Shown one piece after another: positions 1 to 9,000 of a stretch of DNA of 20,000 nucleotides; positions within the stretch are counted from its first letter, which is position 1; each line of letters opens with the position of its first letter. The position numbers and the translations under genes are program-made. This DNA is from an uncultured virus (IMG/VR IMGVR_UViG_3300021959_000013) (lineage: Duplodnaviria; Heunggongvirae; Uroviricota; Caudoviricetes). The DNA is taken from the IMG/VR virus record IMGVR_UViG_3300021959_000013; one strand, written 5' to 3'. Under the pieces are notes generated by a model, which made no database searches, was not told where the DNA came from, and saw only the letters and a list, made by a program, of their open reading frames with translations.

Positions 1-3000
1 TATAGGACTGGTGCTATCAGAGTAACAAAACAAGGTACAGCATTAACTCAAGGATTGGCCGCTGCAGATTTTAAAGTTCCTAACTATGCTTTAAAAGTAA
101 CACTAAATGGTTCACCTACAATACATTCATCTTTTGTAGAAAATGCAACTCTTACTCAGTCAGGTGGATTCTCTGGTGTATTATTATCAGCAGATTCTAG
201 TATATTAAGATTTAAATCTACTAACGGTGTATCATTTAACACTGGCCAAAATTTAACTCTTGGTAGTAATAGTATTGTTGCAGCAAGAATATCATCTCAA
301 AATACAATCGATGCTGGTCATGGTACATTAATAGAATTAATAACAGGCGCAACATCAGGTCATGTTATTGTAGTAGATTCAACAAGTTTAGTAGATGCAG
401 TTAACGAATTACAAGACGATGTAGGTGTCGTAGAAAATTTAACAACAAGCGCAGGTAGTTTAACTCTTGCAGTTAATGAACATGATGCAGAGCTTGGAAC
501 AATTACATCTGGAGCAATGGGAACATCAGCTTCAACTGTAAGTACAGCAATTGCAGAACACGAAGGTCAAATAGGTAATATGTCCTTAACTGGTTTATCA
601 GCTACAGATTTATCTGCAGGATTAAGAGAACTTAGAACTGAATTAGGTAATCATGCTTCACTTGATACAAACGTAAAAACTTCAGCTGTTGTTGCAATTA
701 ACGAATTAGAAACTGCAATCAGAGGAAGTGCTAGTAATTATACACTAAGTACAGCAGCAAGTAATTTAGTAGCAGCAATCAACGAATTAGACGCTTTACA
801 AGGTAACGTTGATATAAGCGCTATTGCTTCTACAGTTACTGCAGCTTTAGCTCAATTACATACAGAAATAGGTGATGTTAATATTACCACAATTGCTTCA
901 GGTAATAATAGTATTACTGGAGCTTTATCTCAATTACATACAGAATTAGGAAGCGCTACTTTAGCAACAAGTTCAAATACTCATACAGGTGCTATTAACG
1001 AATTGCATGGAGAAATAAATTCAAACGATACTGATATAGCTACAATTAATACTAAACTTGGTACAATTACAGCAGGCGCATTTGGAACAACAGCTTCAAC
1101 AGTAAGTACTGCAATTAACGAATTACATACTGATGTCGATGCAAGATTATTCTTAACATCTGGTTCAGAACAAACCGTTAATTCAGACGTAAAAATAGGT
1201 AGTGGAAAAACTCTTGATTTATCAGATGGTACATTATTATTATCTAGTGGAGGAGCAGGTTCGGTTGCAAGTTTAGGTTCAGCTTTTGTTCAATTAGATG
1301 CTAACTTAACTTCATCTCCAATGGGATTAAGAGTAGATAGAGACCATATTACTCCATCCGGTTCTATGACTAACCATGATGTAGAATTACAATGGGATGA
1401 AACACAAGTAAGTTCAAATGCTAAAAGAGCATGGAGATTGAAAGGAATGGCAGCAAACGGTTCTGCAAATACTGCAGATATCGTAACATTCTATAATGCT
1501 GAAGATTTAGTTCATGCAAATACAATAGCTGGAACAAATGGAATAAAAGCTACGTGGAATGGTGGAACTGAAGATTTTGATTTTACTTTAACAGCTGACC
1601 CAGAAATTACTTTAGGCGGAGATTTAAGTGGAGCAGCAACTTTAACAAATTTAGGTGATGCCACATTAACAGCAACTATCGTAGCAGGGTCTGTAGAAAA
1701 TAGTATGTTGGCTTCAAATGCAGTTACTAATGTAAAGATTGCAGATTCAACTATTGCAAATGCTAAATTAGCAAATAAAGGAATAAGTATCGATGCTGAT
1801 TCAGGCACAACTCATCTTATTAATTTAGGTGAAACACTAACAGTAACTGGCCAGTCAGGAGAAGTAGATACTACTATTTCAAATAATACTCTTACAATTG
1901 GATTACCAAGTAATGTCACAATAGGAAATAACTTAATTGTTACTGGTGACTTAACAGTTCAAGGTACAAATACAATATTAAATACATCAACACTAGAAGT
2001 AGAAGATACTTTAATACTTGCCGGTAGCAATTTAGGTTCAACCGAACCATCAACTGGCGGATTCGGTCTTGAAACAAAAGTTTTTGCAGGAGTTCATAGT
2101 AATGCTGCTGCTGGAGTAACAGGCGCTCACTCATTAGTATATAACTTTGCGACTGACCAATGGGAAGCTGATGGTAACCAAATATTAGATACTGTTAATA
2201 GTTTAATTACTCCACAAATAAAAACAAATAATGGAACTTCTGGTAATTTAACACCAACTGATTTAACAGGTACAAGAGATTTAGACTTTATTGCGGGTTC
2301 TGGTATTACAATTGCTGGTGCTTTAAATAGTACAGATATTGATATTACAATTACAAACTCAGATAAAGGTTCATCACAAACATTCTATAAAACATTTACA
2401 ACAGACGCTGGTTCCAATGTAGTTGCTAGCGCCAATAATGATTCAATTGAAATAGAAGGTGGTACAGGATTAACTACTACAGGTTCTGCAGATAAGGTTT
2501 CAATAAAATTAGATAACACTGCAGTAACTCCAAATAGTTATGGTAGTGGTTCAGCTATTCCAACATTTACTGTAGATGCTCAAGGCCGTTTAACAGCCGC
2601 AGGTAGTGTTTCAGTTGATACTTACAGTGGATGGAATTTAACTGTAGGCGGAGTTGCAAGAGGTTTAATATCAGAAGATGAAATTGTTTCATTTACTGGT
2701 GGAAATGCTATTGATGTAGCTTACAGTGCTACAAATAATAACATAACGTTTAATCATGCTGATACATCAGGTGCAGCCAATGTAGATAATAATGGTACTA
2801 ATTTTGTACAAGATATGACTTTTGATGCGTATGGTCATGTTCAAAGCGTGACTTCAGCTGGATTTACATTAGGTAATGGAACATTAACAGTTCAGGGTAC
2901 TGGAGTCCTAGGTGGAACAGGAACATTTACAGCTAACCAATCTACAGCTGGTACAATATCAATTACACATGATGCTGTAAGTAAATCAAGTACTACAAGT

Positions 3001-3909
3001 ACAGCTACTCCTGGATATGGCTCAACATTTACAGCAATTGATTCAATTACAACAAGTGCTGAAGGTCATGTCACTGCAGTTAATACAAAAACCGTTACAA
3101 TTCCTGCTTCTGATAATACAAATACTCAATTAAGTGTTGCACAAGTAAGAGCAGCAGTAGAGGCTGCAAGTGATTCAAATGTATTTACTGATGCAGACCA
3201 TACTAAATTAAATGGTGTTGCAGCAGGCGCAACAGCTACTAACGCTACTGACCAAAATTTTACAACCACATTAAAGAATAAATTAGATGGTATAGCAGCA
3301 GGTGCAACAGCTACTAACGCTACTGAACAGAATTTTACAACTGTTTTAAAAAATAAATTAGATGGTATAGCAGCAAGTGCAACGAATACAGCTGCACCTC
3401 ATTATACTAGTGCAATTGGTTCTTCTGATGTTACAACTGCATTAGGATTTACACCATATAATTCAACTAACCCAAGTGGTTATACAACATATAGTGCTAA
3501 CCAAACTTTAAATAATAACTCTAATGTTCACTTTGAAGGTTTAATGGTTGGGCAAACAAGTTCTGCTACTGCAAATACCATACGTTGTGTTGGTGATGTT
3601 GTTGCTTTCTATTCATCAGATGAAAGATTAAAAGATAATATTACACCAATCGAAAATTCATTAGAAAAGGTTGGCCAACTTAAAGGTTATGAGTTTGATT
3701 GGAACGATAATCAAGAAGTTTACGAAGGACATGATGTTGGTGTTATTGCTCAAGAAGTAGAAAAAGTAGTACCAGAGATTGTCGAAACAAGAAAACATGA
3801 TGGCTATAAAGCTGTTAAATACGAAAAATTAGTTCCTTTATTAATAAATGCAATTAATGAATTAAAAGCTGAAATTGAAGAACTAAAAAGTATAAATAAG
3901 AAGGTATAG
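1..3909 (+). CDS. Long tail fibre / whisker-like structural protein with C-terminal Peptidase_S74 intramolecular chaperone (5'-truncated)
   Basis: Frame 1 is open from base 1 (YRTGAIRVTKQGTALTQGLAAADF...), so the TTG at 55 is probably not the true start. About 10 helical A(I/V)NELxxxxG repeats, then G/S/T-rich beta repeats, then C-terminal SDERLKDNI...GVIAQEVEKVVPEIV...VKYEKLVPLLINAINEL, typical of an S74 chaperone. Confidence 0.85.
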   Translation, partial: YRTGAIRVTKQGTALTQGLAAADFKVPNYALKVTLNGSPTIHSSFVENATLTQSGGFSGVLLSADSSILRFKSTNGVSFNTGQNLTLGSNSIVAARISSQNTIDAGHGTLIELITGATSGHVIVVDSTSLVDAVNELQDDVGVVENLTTSAGSLTLAVNEHDAELGTITSGAMGTSASTVSTAIAEHEGQIGNMSLTGLSATDLSAGLRELRTELGNHASLDTNVKTSAVVAINELETAIRGSASNYTLSTAASNLVAAINELDALQGNVDISAIASTVTAALAQLHTEIGDVNITTIASGNNSITGALSQLHTELGSATLATSSNTHTGAINELHGEINSNDTDIATINTKLGTITAGAFGTTASTVSTAINELHTDVDARLFLTSGSEQTVNSDVKIGSGKTLDLSDGTLLLSSGGAGSVASLGSAFVQLDANLTSSPMGLRVDRDHITPSGSMTNHDVELQWDETQVSSNAKRAWRLKGMAANGSANTADIVTFYNAEDLVHANTIAGTNGIKATWNGGTEDFDFTLTADPEITLGGDLSGAATLTNLGDATLTATIVAGSVENSMLASNAVTNVKIADSTIANAKLANKGISIDADSGTTHLINLGETLTVTGQSGEVDTTISNNTLTIGLPSNVTIGNNLIVTGDLTVQGTNTILNTSTLEVEDTLILAGSNLGSTEPSTGGFGLETKVFAGVHSNAAAGVTGAHSLVYNFATDQWEADGNQILDTVNSLITPQIKTNNGTSGNLTPTDLTGTRDLDFIAGSGITIAGALNSTDIDITITNSDKGSSQTFYKTFTTDAGSNVVASANNDSIEIEGGTGLTTTGSADKVSIKLDNTAVTPNSYGSGSAIPTFTVDAQGRLTAAGSVSVDTYSGWNLTVGGVARGLISEDEIVSFTGGNAIDVAYSATNNNITFNHADTSGAANVDNNGTNFVQDMTFDAYGHVQSVTSAGFTLGNGTLTVQGTGVLGGTGTFTANQSTAGTISITHDAVSKSSTTSTATPGYGSTFTAIDSITTSAEGHVTAVNTKTVTIPASDNTNTQLSVAQVRAAVEAASDSNVFTDADHTKLNGVAAGATATNATDQNFTTTLKNKLDGIAAGATATNATEQNFTTVLKNKLDGIAASATNTAAPHYTSAIGSSDVTTALGFTPYNSTNPSGYTTYSANQTLNNNSNVHFEGLMVGQTSSATANTIRCVGDVVAFYSSDERLKDNITPIENSLEKVGQLKGYEFDWNDNQEVYEGHDVGVIAQEVEKVVPEIVETRKHDGYKAVKYEKLVPLLINAINELKAEIEELKSINKKV
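385..1140 (+). repeat. About 10 degenerate coiled-coil repeats (xxxA[IV]NE[LH]xx[ED][LI]G) in ORF1
   Basis: SLVDAVNELQDDVG, SLTLAVNEHDAELG, TVSTAIAEHEGQIG, DLSAGLRELRTELG, SAVVAINELETAIRG, NLVAAINELDALQG, TVTAALAQLHTEIG, SITGALSQLHTELG, THTGAINELHGEIN, TVSTAINELHTDVD. Confidence 0.85.
3205..3384 (+). repeat. In-frame 75-bp (25-aa) tandem repeat, about 2.4 copies
   Basis: KLNGVAAGATATNATDQNFTTTLKN / KLDGIAAGATATNATEQNFTTVLKN / KLDGIAASAT; units start with AAATTA at 3205, 3280 and 3355. Confidence 0.95.
3616..3906 (+). other. Peptidase_S74 autocleaving chaperone domain (ORF1)
   Basis: S-D-x-R-L-K motif (SDERLK), GVIAQEV, terminal coiled coil. Confidence 0.9.
3891..3898 (+). promoter_or_regulatory. 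T4-type late promoter (gp55 sigma -10 box)
   Basis: Exact TATAAATA in the last codons of ORF1, 16 nt upstream of ATG 3915, followed by SD-like AGAAGGT. Confidence 0.8.
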
Positions 3910-3914
3910 ATTAA

Positions 3915-4253
3915 ATGGCAATATACTCTAACATAGTAATCGATCAAGGAGCTGATTACGCAGCTTCAATTGATGTAACTGATGCCGATGGAGATGCTTT
4001 AAACTTAACAGGTCATACAGGAAAAGGCCAAATAAGAAAAACATACTCATCAACAACTGCTGTAGATTTTGCAGTATCAGTAGCAAATCCGGCTACTACG
4101 GGAGTATTAAACATTAGTTTGACAAACGTTCAAACTAATGCTATGAAAGCCGGTCGTTATGTTTATGATATAGAAATAACTGCTGGGTCAGGTACAAAAA
4201 CAAGAGTTTTAGAAGGACAATTAGAAATTACACCGGGAGTTACGCAAACATAA
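3915..4253 (+). CDS. Small beta-sandwich virion structural / fibre-attachment adaptor protein
   Basis: 112 aa. The pattern NIVIDQGADY...LNLTGHTGKGQIRK...GVLNISLT..QT..MKAGRYVYDIEI...TRVLEGQLEITPGV resembles a widespread phage structural family (BppU N-terminal / LtfC-like), recognised by eye. Confidence 0.7.
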   Translation: MAIYSNIVIDQGADYAASIDVTDADGDALNLTGHTGKGQIRKTYSSTTAVDFAVSVANPATTGVLNISLTNVQTNAMKAGRYVYDIEITAGSGTKTRVLEGQLEITPGVTQT

Positions 4254-4468
4254 TGGCGAATATAAAAGCTAAAATAAAACGAAACCCAAATAAAATAGTA
4301 GCGCAAACCTTAAAAGTAGGTAACGTTGCTTTAACAGATTTAACAGATGTGAATGCTCAGGGATTCTCCGATGGTGGTGTTTTGATATATAATGGTTCAA
4401 CAACAAAATGGGATGCAACAACAACAATTGGAAACATCAATACTAATATAACTGGAGGCACATACTAG
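4253..4468 (+). CDS. Small structural/linker protein ending in GGTY
   Basis: 71 aa; TAATG overlap with the previous gene; LTDLTDVN...DGGVLIYNGSTTKW fibre-type motif; C-terminus ITGGTY. Confidence 0.75.
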   Translation: MANIKAKIKRNPNKIVAQTLKVGNVALTDLTDVNAQGFSDGGVLIYNGSTTKWDATTTIGNINTNITGGTY

Positions 4469-5955
4469 TGGCTAATTTAACAAGAATAAAAATATTAACT
4501 ACGGGCTCAACAACCACTGCTCCGGCTAATATCAAAACAGGTGAGCTGGCATACTCTTATGTAACCGGTACTCAAGCAAATAACGGTGATAGACTTTATG
4601 TAGGTACAGGCGCAGAATCAGGTGGGGTTGCATCTTCTGTAGACCTAATAGGCGGTAAGTATTTTACATCATTATTAGACCATGTTCATGGAACAACAAC
4701 AGCCAGTAGCGCTTTAATTGTTGATGCTAATAAGCATGTATCTGATTTAAATATCGGAAGTTTAGCACTTGAAGCTTCAGGTGGTTCTGGACAAGTTGTA
4801 ACAAGTATTGTTACTTCAATGCCAGGTTCTCCAACTGATGCTCAGTTAATTACAGCACAAGGTGTTAAAGAATTTGTTGATACATTAGACTTATCAGTTT
4901 CTGGTGATAGTGGTTCAATTGCAGTAGATTTGTTTACTGGTGCTGCTTCTAACGAAGAAACATTAGGTATTATAGGTACTGCTAACGAAATTGAAACTGC
5001 AGCATCAGGTAATAATGTCCAAATAGGTTTACCGAATAATGTAACAATTACTGGTGAATTAGATGTTGCAACTTTAGATGTCGCTACATCAGCCGCAATC
5101 GCATCTGCTACAATCGAAGATTTAACAAACAATAGAGTTGTTATAGCAGGTACTGGTGGAGAACTTGAAGATGACGCTAACTTTACTTTTGACGGTACAA
5201 GTTTAAATGTTGGTGGAGCAAACTTCTCAGTTGCTCATGCATCTGGTAATACAGTTGTTGGTGGAACATTACAAGTAAACGGAAATGTTACTTTAGGCAA
5301 TCAATCATCTGATACAGTTCAAACACAAGGTAATTTAACAGTTGGTGGAAACTTAACTGTACAAGGAACAACAACATCAGTTAACTCAACAGAAACAACA
5401 TTAACTGACCCAATGATAGAATTGGCTAAAGATACATCATCAGCCGATGGTCTAGACAGAGGAGTAAGATTTAAATGGCATAATGGTTCAGCAGTTAAAG
5501 ATGGTTTCTTTGGTTTTGATATACAAACACAAAGATTCTCATTTACTCCAGATGAAGATTTAAGTGGAGGCGACGATGCTTCATCACCTTGGGGTGACTT
5601 AAACATTGGAGACATTTATGGTACTGGTGCTACACTCGACAATGTAAGAGTCGGTGTTACTGCAGCAGGAGAAATAGATACAAGTTCAGGCAATTTAACT
5701 CTTGACTCAGCTGGTGGTACAGTTGTTGTTGATGATAATTTAAATGTCACTGGAACAGTTACGTTAACAAATGATTTGGCAGTTACCGAGGGTGGTACTG
5801 GAGTTTCAGCATTTACAGACAATGGTGTATTATATGGAGATGGGACTAACGCTTTAGACGTTACAGCAGCTTCAAGTGCAAATGGTTCTATATTACAAGC
5901 TAACTCTGGAGCAGCTCCTGCGTTCTCTAATATCATTGATGGCGGAACATATTAA
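4468..5955 (+). CDS. Fibre/structural protein with N-terminal 'GELA' (Mtd/hyaluronidase N-terminal-like) domain, ending in IDGGTY
   Basis: 495 aa; GTG start overlapping the TAG of the previous gene; SD GGAGG at 4454-4458; RIKI...P.NIKTGELAYSY...RLYVG; GNLTVQGTTTSVNST module. Confidence 0.8.
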   Translation: MANLTRIKILTTGSTTTAPANIKTGELAYSYVTGTQANNGDRLYVGTGAESGGVASSVDLIGGKYFTSLLDHVHGTTTASSALIVDANKHVSDLNIGSLALEASGGSGQVVTSIVTSMPGSPTDAQLITAQGVKEFVDTLDLSVSGDSGSIAVDLFTGAASNEETLGIIGTANEIETAASGNNVQIGLPNNVTITGELDVATLDVATSAAIASATIEDLTNNRVVIAGTGGELEDDANFTFDGTSLNVGGANFSVAHASGNTVVGGTLQVNGNVTLGNQSSDTVQTQGNLTVGGNLTVQGTTTSVNSTETTLTDPMIELAKDTSSADGLDRGVRFKWHNGSAVKDGFFGFDIQTQRFSFTPDEDLSGGDDASSPWGDLNIGDIYGTGATLDNVRVGVTAAGEIDTSSGNLTLDSAGGTVVVDDNLNVTGTVTLTNDLAVTEGGTGVSAFTDNGVLYGDGTNALDVTAASSANGSILQANSGAAPAFSNIIDGGTY

Positions 5956-5963
5956 TATAAATA
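5956..5963 (+). promoter_or_regulatory. T4-type late promoter
   Basis: Exact TATAAATA immediately after the TAA at 5953-5955. Confidence 0.8.
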
Positions 5964-6007
5964 TATTATAATATAGTTTATAAACTTCCTTATATAAGGA
6001 TTGAAAA

Positions 6008-6013
6008 AAGGAG
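6008..6013 (+). promoter_or_regulatory. Shine-Dalgarno sequence for the TTG start at 6020
   Basis: AAGGAG with a 6-nt spacer to TTG. Confidence 0.8.
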
Positions 6014-6019
6014 CCAAAA

Positions 6020-9000
6020 TTGGCAAGAAATACGAACATTAAGTTAAGGCGTTCGGCAACAGCCGCTGCTATTCCAACAACAAGTAATTTAGACCTAGGT
6101 GAGTTAGCGCTTAATACTAACGACGGTAAGTTATATATGAAAACTACCGAGGGTAGTTTAGATAGCGTTATTCAGGTCGGCTCCGCAACAGATACTTATT
6201 TTAAAATAAGAAAAACTGTCAATCAAAATTTTACTGTCACAGTTGCTTCAAAAACTACAGACCACGTTTATAATGGCTTAGGTTCAAGCAGTGGTTATAT
6301 TATTAATGGTATTGAATCACCTCATTTAAATTTTGTACCAGGTAATTCATATCAATTTGACCAATCAGACGGCTCAAACTCAGGCCATCCTTTAAGATTC
6401 TATTACGATGCTGCAAAAACGACAGCATATACAGCAGGCGTAACAACAAACGGAACTGCTGGTAGTTCAGGAGCATATACAAAAATTGTTCCAACTAAAG
6501 ATACTCCAATGGTTCTTTATTACCAATGTACTGCTCATGGATATATGGGTGGTTCAGTCAGTTTTGCTACAAGAAATTTAACTGGATTTGATACTGATGA
6601 ACTAGGAGAAGGTTCAAGTAATTTATACTTCACGAACGCACGAGCGCGCGGAGCAATATCAGTTACAGATTCTGGTGGAGATGGTTCTCTTGCTTATAAT
6701 AGTTCAACAGGTGTTATAACTTATACAGGGCCAAGTGCATCGGAAGTAAGAGCTCATTTTTCTGCAGGAACTGGTATAGGAATATCAGGTGGTACAATAT
6801 CCACATCAATAACACAATATACAGATGCTCTTGCAAGGGCAGCAATATCAGTCACTGATTCCGGTGGAGATGGAAGTTTAGCATACAATAATTCAACTGG
6901 TGTTATAACATATACCGGTCCTTCTGCCGCTGAGGTAAGAGCTCATTTATCAGCTGGAACTGGTGTAACATATTCAGGTGGTCAAATAAGTATTGGCCAG
7001 GCAGTTGCAACAACTTCAAATGTACAATTTAATAACGTACAGGTAGATGGAACATTAACATCAGACGATATCACATCAACAAATATAGCTGCTACTGGTA
7101 ATTTAACTGTATCTGGTAATTTAACAGTTAATGGAACTACTACAACTTTAAATACTGCAACGCTTGATGTTGAAGATAAAAATATAACTCTGAATAAAGG
7201 TTCAGGAGATACATCAGGTTCAGCAAATGGTGCTGGTATTACAATACAAGATGCCGTTAATAGTTCAACAGATGCCACTATATTATGGAATACAACTAGC
7301 GATGCATTTGATTTTTCACACCCATTAACAATTACAAGTACAACAACTAATGATACTTTATTATTAACAACAACTGAAGCTTCAAGTTCTGCAGCTCCAG
7401 TATTAACCTTTAAAAGAAATTCTGGTTCACCGGCTGATGCAGATTATTTAGGACAACTTAAATTCAAAGGTGAAAACGATGCTGACCAAGAAGTTGTATA
7501 TGCAAAAGTCACAGCTAAAATACAAGACGCTTCTGATGGAAGTGAAGATGGTTTATTAGAATTTGCAAATAGAAAAGCTGGTTCAAATGTTATTACAGCT
7601 AGATTGCGTTCTGATTCATTACAATTATTAAATGGTACGAGCCTAGTAGTTGCAGGATTAACTTACCCGACAAGTGATGGCACAAGTGGCCAGGCTCTCG
7701 TAACTGATGGTTCAGGTAATTTATCATTTAGTACAATATCTAGCGGTGGTGGAACAGTTACTGAAGCATTTAAAAATATTGCTGTAAGTGGTCAAACAAA
7801 TATTGTTGCTGACGCGGCGACAGATACACTTACATTTGCAGCAGGTTCTGGTATTCAATTAACAACTACTCCAGGAACTGATACTCTTACAATTACATCA
7901 ACAGCTACAGGTTCGGTTACTGAAGCATTTAAAACTATTGCAGTTTCAGGCCAAACAAACATAGTTGCTGACTCAGCTACAGACACACTTACATTAGCTG
8001 CTGGTAGTAATATGACTATTACTCAGGATGCTAGTACAGATACAATTACATTCGCTTCATCAGGTGGTGGTGGCGGTCAAAGTGCATTATATAAAGAATA
8101 TGTATATACACCAGGAAGTAATACAACAACCTTTAGTGGTAGTGATGCAAACGGAAGTACATTATCATATACAGTTGGTTATATAAGCGTATATTTAAAT
8201 GGTGTATTATTAAAACCTACAACTGACTATACAGCAACAAATGGAACTTCTGTAGTATTAGTTAATACTGCGGTAAGCGGTGATGTAATACAAATTGCCA
8301 CATTCGTACAAATTGTAGGCTCTGGTGATTCAGCAATAACTGCAGTAACATATAGTGGTTCAGGTACTATAACACTTAGTGCTAATCCAAATCATGAAAA
8401 CAATACACAACTTTACATCGATGGTGTTTATCAAAATAAAGATACTTATTCAGTCAGTGGTACAACATTAACATTTTCTACTACACCACCAGCCGGGGCA
8501 TTAGTTGAAGTTGTTATTGGAAGCAGAAATGTAACTGTCGATGATGTAGAAGGATTAACAGTCAATGGTGATTTAACTGTTGATACAGATGTATTGTATG
8601 TAGATTCTACAAATAATAAAGTTGGTATAGGAACGACTAATCCAGGAGAACTATTAGAAGTTAATAGTGATGGCTCTGATGCTGATGGTGCAGTATTACT
8701 CTTAAAGCATGCAAACAATAATACTACTGATGTAATTTCTACAATAAAATTTGCAAATAATGCAGGTTCAGTAGCTAATATTCAAGCTGGAACTTTAGGT
8801 TCTAACAGCACTGGATATATTACTTTTAATACAGATATTACTAATACTTCAGCTGAAAGAATGCGAATTCATAGTAATGGTTATGTTGGTATCGGAACGG
8901 CTTCACCAACTGCTACTTTAACAGTTGGCGCTTTATCTAGCGGTCAAACAGGTAATGTAGTTATTAATAACGAAGGCGGTAATATAGCAACCTTAGAAGT

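Noticed and set aside
55..57. TTG start assigned to ORF1
   Set aside because: The frame is open to the window edge with fibre-like sequence; the upstream AAGGA abuts the TTG with no spacer; the true start is probably outside the window
3907..4470. TAG stops as possible recoding/readthrough or programmed fusion of ORF1-ORF4
   Set aside because: Long ORFs are intact in the standard code, the following genes have their own SD or promoter, and ORF1 ends naturally after the S74 coiled coil
6631..6654. GC-rich patch CACGAACGCACGAGCGCGCGGAGC in an AT-rich gene
   Set aside because: Explained by coding for TNARARGA; no convincing stem or second copy
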